This document shows, in pieces, positions 9,320-19,300 of a stretch of DNA of 63,455 nucleotides. A program made the position numbers and the translations under genes. The notes below the pieces were generated by a model that was not told the origin of the DNA, searched no databases, and saw only the letters and a list, made by a program, of their open reading frames with translations. The stretch is from positions 1 to 63,455 of the forward strand of contig JBGATS010000005.1 of NCBI GenBank assembly GCA_044229075.1. The letters run 5' to 3'. Position 1 is the stretch's first letter; each line of letters opens with the position of its first letter. This DNA is from Minisyncoccia bacterium. GTDB lineage: Bacteria > Patescibacteriota > Minisyncoccia > Phycocordibacterales > UBA1006.

Positions 9320-12300
9320 TTATTGCAATTCTTTTATCTGATCAACCATAAACGATTTTTCTCCATCACGATCAGAAATCTTTCCTTTCAAGAGGACAAG
9401 TTTTTCTGGAACACAGAATCTACGAACGTCTACATAGGTTTTTGGAAACACAACGGTATCAATAGAATCGGTAAGATCTTTGATTCGTACAAATGCCATT
9501 TTATCATTGTTTTTCTTTGTATAGATCTCTCGAACGTCTTCGATAATTCCTGCAATAACCGTTGTCGAGCCTACTAATCCTTCTGTTTTTAATTTGAAAA
9601 TACTCGAACCTGTTTTTTCCAGACGTTCCCGAAACTCGTCTAATGGATGCCCTGATACATATTGCCCAAGGAGCTCTTTTTCCCAGGCGAGACACTGCTG
9701 CTGGGTAACGCGTGGTGCATCGTGCATAACCAGTCGGGCGGTAGGAGCATCGTCAAAGTCTGCAAAGAGCGAATCGGAACCTTTATTTGTATCTTCCATG
9801 AGCGCTTTATGAAAAGCAAGAATCTCTTCAATATTCCCCAAGAGGTACCCACGGTCTCCCTGATGACCATTTTCAGTAGGAAGGGTATCGAGTGCACCAC
9901 ACATAATGAGCGCCTCCAGGGATTTTTTATTGACGTGTTTATGGAGTACCCGTTGTAACAAATTTTCTAATGTGAGATAGCGACCGTTCGTTTTCCGTTC
10001 ATGGATGATTGCTTTTCCGATTTCATTTCCAAAGTTTTTAATACTCCCTAATCCAAATCTGATTTTATCGGTAATCACACCTTCTTCTACCACTACGGTA
10101 AAATCTGAAAATGATTCATTGATATCTGGTGGCAAGATTTTGAATCCCATCCGTTTTGCCTCGTTAATCATTTCGGTCACGGTATCGAGATTGTCAGACT
10201 CGACGGTCAGTACCGCAGTCATATATTCCGCAGGATAGTTGGTTTTCAGATATGCGGTACGATAGGCGAGCAATGCATAGACGGCACTGTGTGATTTATT
10301 GAATCCATATGCTGCAAATGTTTCAATCATGTCCCATAATTCGTGGGCTACCTCTTTTTTCATACTGTTTTCAATACAACCATCGATAAAATGTCCCTTT
10401 TGTTTTGCCATTTCCTCGGGAATTTTTTTACCTACCGCTTTACGGAATTTATCTGATTCGCCACGTGTGTAGCCTGCCAGATCGGTTGCCATGCGCATGA
10501 CATCCTCTTGGTAGACGATAATTCCATACGTGTTTTTCAAGATTGGCTCCATACGGTCATCTGCGTATTTGATCTTGCTTGGGTCATGCTTTCGTTCGAT
10601 ATAATCAGGAATGAATGCCATCGGTCCAGGTCGATACAGTGACGCCATGGCGATCAGGTCTTCTAGGTTACTTGGTTTTAATTCCTTGAGCCATTTTTGC
10701 ATACCAGGTGAACCAAACTGAAATACACTGACTGTTTCACCGCGTCCGAATAATTCATATGTTTTATCATCGTCGAGCGGAATTTTTTCTACATCAATTG
10801 TGATACCGCGAATTTTTTGGATACGATCAACTGCCTCTTTTAAAATAGTAAGGTTTCGCAATCCTAGAAAATCGAATTTTGGTAGGTTGATGATTCCTTC
10901 GCGGTCACCAGAATACATGTCGTATTGTGTGATTACCTTACCTTCACCTTTTGGGTCGTACTGAACAGGTGAAAAATCATCCACGCGTCCTGTTGGTGAA
11001 ATCACCACACCAGCAGCGTGTACTGAGATGTGTCGGACGTTACCTTCGATTTTTTTTGCCATGTCGATAATTTCTCGAACTTGGTTATCAGTATCGTATA
11101 ACTCTTTTAACTCTGCCTCATCTTCGAGTGCCCGATCCAGTGTCATGGGGAATCCTTGGGATCCCATAGGAATCATTTTTGATACACGATCACCCAATGA
11201 ATAGGGAAACGACAATGCGCGTGCAACATCACGTACGGCACCACGCGCTGCCATGGTTCCAAATGTACCGATCTGTGCAACTGCTGCGTCTCCGTATTTT
11301 CCACGTGCATACGTAATAATGTCGTCACGGCGATTATCAGCAAAGTCCATATCAATATCGGGCAATGATGGTCGATCAGGGTTCAAAAATCGTTCGAACA
11401 ATAATCCGTATTTTAATGGATCGATATTTGAAATTCCAATCAGATACGCAACCAGTGATCCTGCTGCAGATCCACGGGTTTGATTAAAAATACCCATCTC
11501 TGTCGAGTTTTTCATGAAATCCGCCACACACAAGAAATAACTTGGGTAGCCCTTGTCAGAAATTGTTTTTAATTCGTATTCAATACGTTCGCGAACACTG
11601 TCTGTTAATTCCATGTCGCGTGTTTCCAGCCCTGCGTACACCATTGCGCGCAATACCTCGTCATAGGTAGTATTTTTATCAATAGGGAAACTTGGGAAAA
11701 ACCATGATGTTGTATCAATTTCGAGATCTACCAAATCTGCAACCTTTTTGGTATTTTCGATTGCCTCTGGATAATCTGTAAAAACCTCACACGCTGTTTT
11801 TTGATTAATGAACGACCAATTACCATCCATTTTCATTCCTGATCCACCCGTATTGATTTTTAATAACGTATCATGCGCAGGTGCGTCATCCACACACAGA
11901 TAATGTGAATCCCAGGTCCCTACAATGGGCAAATCTACCTCACGTGCAATGCGGACAATGTCAGGTAGGATAGATTGATACCACGCCATATCGGGCGCCT
12001 CTGTATGATTCATGATTTCTACGAACACATGTTCGCGACCGACTGCGTCACAGTATAACTGCAACAATTCTTTTGCCTTGTCGAAATATTTTTCCCGAAC
12101 GAGCGAAACAAATTCACTGCCTGGGCAACCAGATAAAATAATCAACCCATCACCGTATTGTTTTAACAGATCTTTATCAATACGTGGTTTGTAATAGAAC
12201 CCTTCTAGGTTTGCAGCAGACACCATTTTCATCAGATGTTTATATCCAGTCAGGTTTCGGGCCAAGATTGTTAAATGATATCTCTTTGTATCAATGGTTG

Positions 12301-12550
12301 GATCACGATCAAAACGAGTACGGTTTGCAACGTACACCTCGCACCCAATAATTGGCTTGATATCATGTTTTTTACATTCCTTGTAAAAATCGATAGCTCC
12401 ATACATAGCACCGTGATCGGTCAGGGCAAGTGCAGGCATACCAAATTCCTTGGCTTTTTTTACCAAGTCTTTTACCTTTGACAGTCCGTCCAGTAATGAA
12501 TAGTGGGAATGGACGTGTAGATGGATAAAATTGTCGTGGTGGGTACACAT
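9320..12550 (-). CDS. dnaE: DNA polymerase III alpha subunit
   Basis: PHP domain HLHVHSHYSLLDG, RGSAAGS, PDIDMDF, YGFNKSHS and a C-terminal OB fold. Start is probably the ATG at 12550. Confidence 0.97.
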   Translation of the reverse strand: MCTHHDNFIHLHVHSHYSLLDGLSKVKDLVKKAKEFGMPALALTDHGAMYGAIDFYKECKKHDIKPIIGCEVYVANRTRFDRDPTIDTKRYHLTILARNLTGYKHLMKMVSAANLEGFYYKPRIDKDLLKQYGDGLIILSGCPGSEFVSLVREKYFDKAKELLQLYCDAVGREHVFVEIMNHTEAPDMAWYQSILPDIVRIAREVDLPIVGTWDSHYLCVDDAPAHDTLLKINTGGSGMKMDGNWSFINQKTACEVFTDYPEAIENTKKVADLVDLEIDTTSWFFPSFPIDKNTTYDEVLRAMVYAGLETRDMELTDSVRERIEYELKTISDKGYPSYFLCVADFMKNSTEMGIFNQTRGSAAGSLVAYLIGISNIDPLKYGLLFERFLNPDRPSLPDIDMDFADNRRDDIITYARGKYGDAAVAQIGTFGTMAARGAVRDVARALSFPYSLGDRVSKMIPMGSQGFPMTLDRALEDEAELKELYDTDNQVREIIDMAKKIEGNVRHISVHAAGVVISPTGRVDDFSPVQYDPKGEGKVITQYDMYSGDREGIINLPKFDFLGLRNLTILKEAVDRIQKIRGITIDVEKIPLDDDKTYELFGRGETVSVFQFGSPGMQKWLKELKPSNLEDLIAMASLYRPGPMAFIPDYIERKHDPSKIKYADDRMEPILKNTYGIIVYQEDVMRMATDLAGYTRGESDKFRKAVGKKIPEEMAKQKGHFIDGCIENSMKKEVAHELWDMIETFAAYGFNKSHSAVYALLAYRTAYLKTNYPAEYMTAVLTVESDNLDTVTEMINEAKRMGFKILPPDINESFSDFTVVVEEGVITDKIRFGLGSIKNFGNEIGKAIIHERKTNGRYLTLENLLQRVLHKHVNKKSLEALIMCGALDTLPTENGHQGDRGYLLGNIEEILAFHKALMEDTNKGSDSLFADFDDAPTARLVMHDAPRVTQQQCLAWEKELLGQYVSGHPLDEFRERLEKTGSSIFKLKTEGLVGSTTVIAGIIEDVREIYTKKNNDKMAFVRIKDLTDSIDTVVFPKTYVDVRRFCVPEKLVLLKGKISDRDGEKSFMVDQIKELQ

Positions 12551-12612
12551 ACTATATCTATCATACACTGAAAAACGTGTTTGCAGAAAGCGGAAAAGGA
12601 TTGTGGAAATAC

Positions 12613-12640
12613 TTGACAAATATTCTGTATATGATATAAT
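12613..12640 (+). promoter_or_regulatory. Consensus sigma70 promoter with extended -10
   Basis: TTGACA-N16-TATAAT with TG at 12632-12633, upstream of 12729-13313. Confidence 0.7.
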
Positions 12641-12728
12641 AGTACCAAGTTAGTACATTGTCAAAAAATTAGTTTGGTGACTACAGATTCTAACTATTTT
12701 GGAATTTTTAGTCACCAAATTAAATAAA

Positions 12729-13313
12729 ATGAAAAAATTAGTAAAAATAACTGTATCAGTAATTGCAATATCTTTAATAAGTTATTTCGTGTATGGATAT
12801 TACCAAGAACAAAAAGCAGAACAACAAAGAATAGAACAAGAACAAAAAGCAGAACAACAAAGAATAGAACAAGAACAAAAAGCAGAACAACAAAGAATAG
12901 AACAAGAACAAAAAATAACGAAATTATTTATATCTCAATTAAATAAAAAGAACATAAACAATCTTCCATTGAGTGAATCTTATCCTTTTAGTGAACAAAA
13001 GTATAAGATTAATAATAATTGTATATGGCAATTTTATGTAAACGATAAATTGCTACATACTTTTATAGCAGATCTTGCTAATAAAAATATTGGTAAAAAT
13101 AAATATAACAATAAAAATTCAGATCTGCTTATTGGTATTGCTTATGTTGGATGGGCTGATGCATATTGTTTATATGATTTTTCACTCGAACTTCATAGAC
13201 CAAATAAAGAAGATTTCTCTGTTGAAAAACATTACTATTATAATCTTTTTGAACCTAATACTTTTATTCTAAACAAAGAAATGATGGATAATGCTGGAAT
13301 TGTTCTTTGGTAA
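12729..13313 (+). CDS. Hypothetical membrane-anchored/secreted protein with a QEQKAEQQRIE coiled-coil repeat
   Basis: AT-rich ORF with an N-terminal hydrophobic helix and an 11-aa repeat. Start is probably the ATG at 12729. Confidence 0.7.
   Translation: MKKLVKITVSVIAISLISYFVYGYYQEQKAEQQRIEQEQKAEQQRIEQEQKAEQQRIEQEQKITKLFISQLNKKNINNLPLSESYPFSEQKYKINNNCIWQFYVNDKLLHTFIADLANKNIGKNKYNNKNSDLLIGIAYVGWADAYCLYDFSLELHRPNKEDFSVEKHYYYNLFEPNTFILNKEMMDNAGIVLW
12804..12914 (+). repeat. Perfect 33-bp tandem repeat, 3.3 copies
   Basis: Unit CAAGAACAAAAAGCAGAACAACAAAGAATAGAA three times plus a partial copy. Confidence 0.95.
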
Positions 13314-13377
13314 AATTAAAAATAACTCATTTAGAGACTACAATCCGTAGTCTCTTTTTTTATGTTAAAATAATATT

Positions 13378-14004
13378 ATGAAATCTAGTCAGAAAAAGAG
13401 AATGCAGTATATCATCGGCATCGACGAAGTCGGTCGTGGACCGATCGCAGGGCCAGTGACGGTGTGTGCGTTTGCGATCCGACAGGTTGATATTCAAAAA
13501 TTTTCACGTTTTGCAAAAAAACTCGGCATTACAGACTCAAAAAAACTTACCGAGAAAAAACGCACTGAACTTTCAAATATACTATGTACTATGCAAATTA
13601 ATGGTGAATGTGATTTTTCGATTATGATGACATCTGCACATATTATTGATCGACAGGGAATTAGTGTGGCGATTAAAATGGCTTTACAAAAATCACTTGA
13701 TGATGTGTGTACTCGACAAAAAATTTCACCAGATCAGGTTTTTGTTTTCTTGGATGGCAGTTTATACGCACCAACGGAATATGGTCATCAGGAAACTATT
13801 ATCAAGGGCGATGGATTGATTCCTGTGATTTCTGCTGCATCAATCCTTGCAAAGGTACATCGCGATCGTTATATGACTGCCACGGCAAAAAAATATCCAG
13901 GATATGCATGGGAACAAAATAAAGGATACGGAACGCGACTGCATTATCAAGGTATTAAAAAACAGGGAATTACGAAACTACATAGGAAGAGTTTTTTGGA
14001 TTGA
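13378..14004 (+). CDS. rnhB: Ribonuclease HII
   Basis: GIDEVGRGPIAGPV, DSKKL, LDG, KGD...ISAASILAKVHRD, NKGYGT. Confidence 0.95.
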   Translation: MKSSQKKRMQYIIGIDEVGRGPIAGPVTVCAFAIRQVDIQKFSRFAKKLGITDSKKLTEKKRTELSNILCTMQINGECDFSIMMTSAHIIDRQGISVAIKMALQKSLDDVCTRQKISPDQVFVFLDGSLYAPTEYGHQETIIKGDGLIPVISAASILAKVHRDRYMTATAKKYPGYAWEQNKGYGTRLHYQGIKKQGITKLHRKSFLD

Positions 14005-14044
14005 TTAGTTGCATTTTTAGTTGATTATGATATACTCGTCGCAT

Positions 14045-14248
14045 ATGGTTATCCGAATGCGTCACACAAAATCACATACCGCGAATCGTCGTAGTCACCA
14101 CGCCCTTGCAACACCTAGTCATGTTACTGACCAAAAGACTGGAAGTGTACACTTGCGTCACCGTGTTGATATGAAAACTGGTATGTATAAAGGTAAAAAA
14201 ATTATTGATGTTGTCGCAAAAGTTGCGAAAAAACAATCAAATGCATAA
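14045..14248 (+). CDS. rpmF: 50S ribosomal protein L32
   Basis: MVIRMRHTKSHTANRRSHHAL...HLRHRV...GMYKGK, a zinc-free L32 form. Confidence 0.85.
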   Translation: MVIRMRHTKSHTANRRSHHALATPSHVTDQKTGSVHLRHRVDMKTGMYKGKKIIDVVAKVAKKQSNA

Positions 14249-14300
14249 TTTTTTACTATTGATTTAACTATTTATTCATTTTAGCTCTTTCCTTTACAAT

Positions 14301-15206
14301 ATGTCACATCGTCATGTTTCTCGTTCACTTTGTATTCAGGCATTGTTTGTCTGGGATTTCAATGGTTACCATACCGAAACACTACCCGAAATTATCGAGT
14401 ATGTTATTCGTGAGTTTGGAGCAGGAATTGATGATGCGACGTTTATCCAGGAAACTATCCAGGGGGTCGTTGCAAAACGACCTCTTTTGGACGAAATTAT
14501 CCAAAAAGCTGCCCCAGAATGGCCAGTAGAAAAGATCGGGTTAGTTGATCGTAATGTATTACGACTTGGTCTGTATGAATTGCTTTTTGGTGATCAATCT
14601 CAGATTCCACCAAAGGTAGCATTGAACGAGGCTATCGAACTTGGTAAAGCATTTGGTGGTGAAAACACTGGAAAATTTGTTAACGGCGTGCTGGGTGCTG
14701 TGTACAAGGAAATGGGCGAACCAGGTAAAGATCAAATCAGTAAGAAAAAGAAATTCGACCACACTGTTAATCCTGCTGATATTCCTGTCGAGGAAAAAGG
14801 TGGTGCCGTTGTATTTTCTCGCGATACTGAAGGAGTAATCCGATTTGCGATGGTGCACGACGTATTCGGGTATTGGACCTTATCAAAAGGTGGAATTGAA
14901 TTAGGAGAAACCCCCGAAGAGGGAACCATCCGCGAGGTACAAGAAGAAATTGGATTAAAGGTGGCTATTATTGAAAAACTGGGCGAGAATGAATATGTTG
15001 CACATCATCCAGAAAAAGGGAAGATTCGTAAACATGTGCATTATTTCCTCGCAGAGGCACCTTATCAGGATCTCGTTTTGACTCAGGACAGTGGCGGACT
15101 CGATAATGCGAAATGGTTCGAATTATCAGACATTTCTGATCTCATGATGTACGATGATGTGACAAAATTAATGGCAAGTGCAATTGAAAAAGTGATTGGT
15201 ATATAA
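14301..15206 (+). CDS. nusB: Transcription antitermination factor NusB fused to a NUDIX hydrolase
   Basis: NusB motifs DRNVLRLGLYEL, VALNEAIELGK and FVNGVLG. C-terminal perfect Nudix box GGIELGETPEEGTIREVQEEIG. Confidence 0.9.
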   Translation: MSHRHVSRSLCIQALFVWDFNGYHTETLPEIIEYVIREFGAGIDDATFIQETIQGVVAKRPLLDEIIQKAAPEWPVEKIGLVDRNVLRLGLYELLFGDQSQIPPKVALNEAIELGKAFGGENTGKFVNGVLGAVYKEMGEPGKDQISKKKKFDHTVNPADIPVEEKGGAVVFSRDTEGVIRFAMVHDVFGYWTLSKGGIELGETPEEGTIREVQEEIGLKVAIIEKLGENEYVAHHPEKGKIRKHVHYFLAEAPYQDLVLTQDSGGLDNAKWFELSDISDLMMYDDVTKLMASAIEKVIGI

Positions 15207-15282
15207 TCATACAGCATTTCTTTTCTCATAATTTTTTCTTCGGAGATTTCCATGATAACAACTGAGGATTATTATAAAACAT

Positions 15283-15975
15283 ATGAAAGATTTTACATTA
15301 CTTGAAAATAATTTAGGTATTACCTTTGAAAATAAAGACTTGTTGCAACAGGCGTTTATTCATCGTTCCTATATTAACGAACATGTCGGCACCAAGCTTA
15401 CCCACAACGAACGGTTGGAATTTCTGGGTGATGCAGTAATGGAGCTCGTAGTGACTGATTATCTGTATGAATTTTTTCCTTCGAAACCTGAAGGAGAACT
15501 CACCGCGTATCGTGCGTCATTGGTAAACACAATTACGATTTCTGATACTGCACGAGAACTTGGGTTCGATGAATTTCTGATCCTTTCCAAGGGAGAGGCG
15601 CGTGATACAGGAAAGGCTCGATCCTACATCCTGGCGAATACTTATGAGGCATTCATTGGTGCACTGTATCTGGATCAGGGATATCCTGCAGCGCGTAGTT
15701 TTATTCATACAACACTCATCAAAAAACTCGATCATATTATTCAGAACAGTCTCTGGCGTGATGCAAAATCATACGTTCAAGAAAAATCACAAGAAATCGA
15801 ATCAGTGACACCATCATATAAAGTACTCCATCAGGTTGGCCCAGATCATGATAAAGTATTCACGATTGGAATCTATTTCGGAGATACGTTAATCGCCGAG
15901 GGCAAGGGAAGTTCAAAACAAGAAGCCGAAACGGATGCAGCACGGAATGCGCTGGAAAAGAAGGGGTGGAATTAA
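15283..15975 (+). CDS. rnc: Ribonuclease III
   Basis: HNERLEFLGDAV signature plus a dsRBD (DAKSYVQE...GKGSSKQEAE). Confidence 0.97.
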   Translation: MKDFTLLENNLGITFENKDLLQQAFIHRSYINEHVGTKLTHNERLEFLGDAVMELVVTDYLYEFFPSKPEGELTAYRASLVNTITISDTARELGFDEFLILSKGEARDTGKARSYILANTYEAFIGALYLDQGYPAARSFIHTTLIKKLDHIIQNSLWRDAKSYVQEKSQEIESVTPSYKVLHQVGPDHDKVFTIGIYFGDTLIAEGKGSSKQEAETDAARNALEKKGWN

Positions 15976-16368
15976 AACACTGAGAAGATCAATTCTCAGT
16001 GTTTTAATATATTTAGGAGGGTTTTCTTGTTTGTATTATGAAAGATTTTATAGTGCATATGTAATATATCTCTTGGTGTACTCAAGAGGATTTTTATTCC
16101 CAACATCTCGATGCTCTGCATTAGGGTTTTTCATTTGACTAATATTAATTTTTATATTTTGTTTTATATTTTACTTATATTTTATTTTGTATTCATATAT
16201 ACTGAAGAGTACCTTATACCAGTGAGTAGGCTGAATATAAGATTTATTAGTAACTTTTTTATAATCATTTGTTTATTTAGGACATAGTCAGATTATTGTA
16301 AAAAATTTTTGTTATGATTATTTTAAAAAAAAACAAAAAGTTCCCATATATTTTTTCAATGTGTCTCA

Positions 16369-19300
16369 TTGATCGTATTGGGCATTGTAATGGGTAATAG
16401 TGGAATTGCTGCATTAATAGGTTTTATTCCGTTAACAGAAGCATCATTCACTCAGAATAATTCAGCAGGAACATGGAAAGTTGATTTTAATAATAATCAA
16501 CAAGGACTTGCTCCTGATGGTGCTCCATTACGAGAGAATATTACCATCGATACTTCTGCTGGTATTGCAAAAATAACCCCTACTTTCTCATCTGGGTATT
16601 TTAATACTGTTGCAGTCTCTCCAAATTCTTTTTCTGCCTGGGACAGGATAGTCGTTGATGCTGTATATGCTACTATTTCTGATATCCATATTTCACTCTA
16701 TACGTGTACAAATACTCCTATTCTAGGATTTCAAAATATGCTCTTAGGAGTTGATGGATCTATTAACATTTCAGGACTTCCTGTTAGTAATACGTGTATT
16801 AAGGCACGAGCGGATTTAACTGATAGTGGTGGTCCTCGCCCAATAATAAACGATATTAAAATAACTTGGGTCCCGCTTCCTGTGTTTCTTTTAAGTCATA
16901 GCGCAAATACGACGCGCCCAGTCGGTGATGGTGTTGTATATTCTATTAATTACTCTATCTCATATGTTGATGATAGTGGTGTTATAGTATGGGTCCCGCT
17001 CCCACGTTCATCAAATGGAACAGTTACCAACTATACGACGTCCTACGGAGTTACACCTGACCCATCATTTGTTTCTGCTTCCAGTGGCGGGCAATATTCA
17101 GCAACAGCAATAACTGTGGCAGGAGTGTCTATACCTGCACATTCAGTATATTGGAATTTAGGTTCAGTTCCTGCCGGCCGTTCAGGAACATTAACGTACG
17201 AACTATCGACTCAAAATAATTGGCAACAAGGAATACAATATCACTCACAAGCGTTTATTGATTCACTAGCAGCTAATCAAGTTGTTTCTGATAGTGACCT
17301 CATTACGGCTGGTAATCAACCAGTACTAACAACACTTACCGCAACCCCACTTCCCTCAATAGAAAAAGAAGCATTAGGGGTTATTCGTATTGGAGATGAA
17401 AAATTTGTTGCTAATTTTGGTTCTTATACTAATACGGTTACCTATCGTATTAAAATAAAAAACGGGAATGCACAGAGTGCTCGTGAATCAATTTGGAACC
17501 CAAGTATTACAGATGATCTTTCAAATATTTATACACGACTTTCCACGGTATGTGGTATTACAGTTCCTTCATCTCGAGTTACTCCAAACAATGGTGGTAT
17601 AAAGATAGGGAATACTATTGTGTGGGATACGCCAACAGGTGACTTAACTCATTTGTCTGCAAACCAGGAAAAAATTGTTACATATACTATTGACTACACA
17701 GGATGCCCACCCGACCCATCGCGTACGTATATAAATACTGCGACCCTCTCTGCTGATAATATTGTTGCTATTACAGATCAGGAAATTATAAAAATGGGAG
17801 TTCCAACAGGTCCTAGTGGTGTATTTTCTAAAAATGGACCTGATATGAATTATGGTGCTGTTAAATATCATAACGATAGTTATAATTACACATTGAGCGC
17901 CTCTAATGATGGTTCTGTGGTTATTGGAGATATTATTATGGCGGATAAAATTGACCCACTTCTTGATCTTGTTTCTGTGTCTACTACTTCAGGGTCAGGG
18001 GCTATTACCTACTATAATACAGGAGGGGCAGGAAACCCTGTAACAACTCCGCCAGTATATACCATTGTTCCAGGGGTTGGGATTACTGGTGTTGGATGGA
18101 CCACTACTAAACCGTTGAGTGGTACCAATTGGATAATAACGTATATTCCATGTGTCGATTCAGCGTTATTCCCGGCACCCTCTGGTAACACGCAATGTTA
18201 CCAAAAACCAAATCAAGTTATTAGTACAATTACAGTACAACTAAAACAACCTGTCGCAGCTTGTTTAGAGTACACCGTACCTAATACTGGTGCCTTTTGG
18301 ATTCATGCAGTGTCTCCCTCACCTACAAACAATACAATTAATCCTACAGCACCCCTTAATTTTACTGACGGACTTGTCACAAAAGTCCTCCCTCGCCTAG
18401 CCTCATTTTCTACGGAAAGTGAATTGACTGCCCCGAACACAGCCCATGTTACTGATGAGATTACTTATACTCTACAAATAAAAAACACAGGCGTAGATAC
18501 CGCGTATAATGTTTCTGCAAATATACAGATTCCGACAGCAACCGTAAATGGTATTTCTGGTGTTCCGTTTGATTTTGTAAATTCTATCGGAGGAACATTG
18601 ATAGCAACAGGATTACCTAATACAGCAACAATTCAGCTCGGCACAATCCCCGAAAGTATTACAAAAAACGTACTTATCACACTCCGACCACCAAAAGGAA
18701 TTTCAAATCTACAAATTGCAACCATGAATGTAACAATTTCTGCAAGTGATGATAATAATTGTAAACCAATTACTACATCTCTTTCAAAATCAGTGACTGT
18801 TACATCAGAGCCGTTACTTACTATTACAAAAAATCGGAAAGAATCACTCATACCGTCTGGTGGCGATATTCATTACGCTATAAATTTTGAAAGTACTGGA
18901 AATGCACCGACCACTAGTTCTTATATTGTTGATTTTATTCCAACAAATACTATTTTTAAATATGCATACACCACAGGAACAGATTCTTCGGGGGCAACAT
19001 TTAATTGTCCTGCATGTAAGATACTTTTTTCTGACTCTCTTCCATCACTACCACCCGGTACGTCTCCCTTCGACGTACTCACGCTAAACGATATTACGCA
19101 ATCATTTAGCTTGGGAACAGAAATTTCTCCAGGTGTATGGACGTCACCATTTGGTTCAATGACGCATTGGGTAGCTTATTTACTTGATGATCCAGCAATA
19201 AGTACTCCTATGGTTGTTACCGGTCGTACAGGTACCGTTGGACTTACACTTACTAATGATTTTGATGGAGTTGGACCAGGGGTAATTGGATCGCCTGTTA

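Noticed and set aside
12804-12914. CRISPR array
   Set aside because: The 33-bp units are contiguous with no spacers and lie in a coding frame; no cas genes are present.
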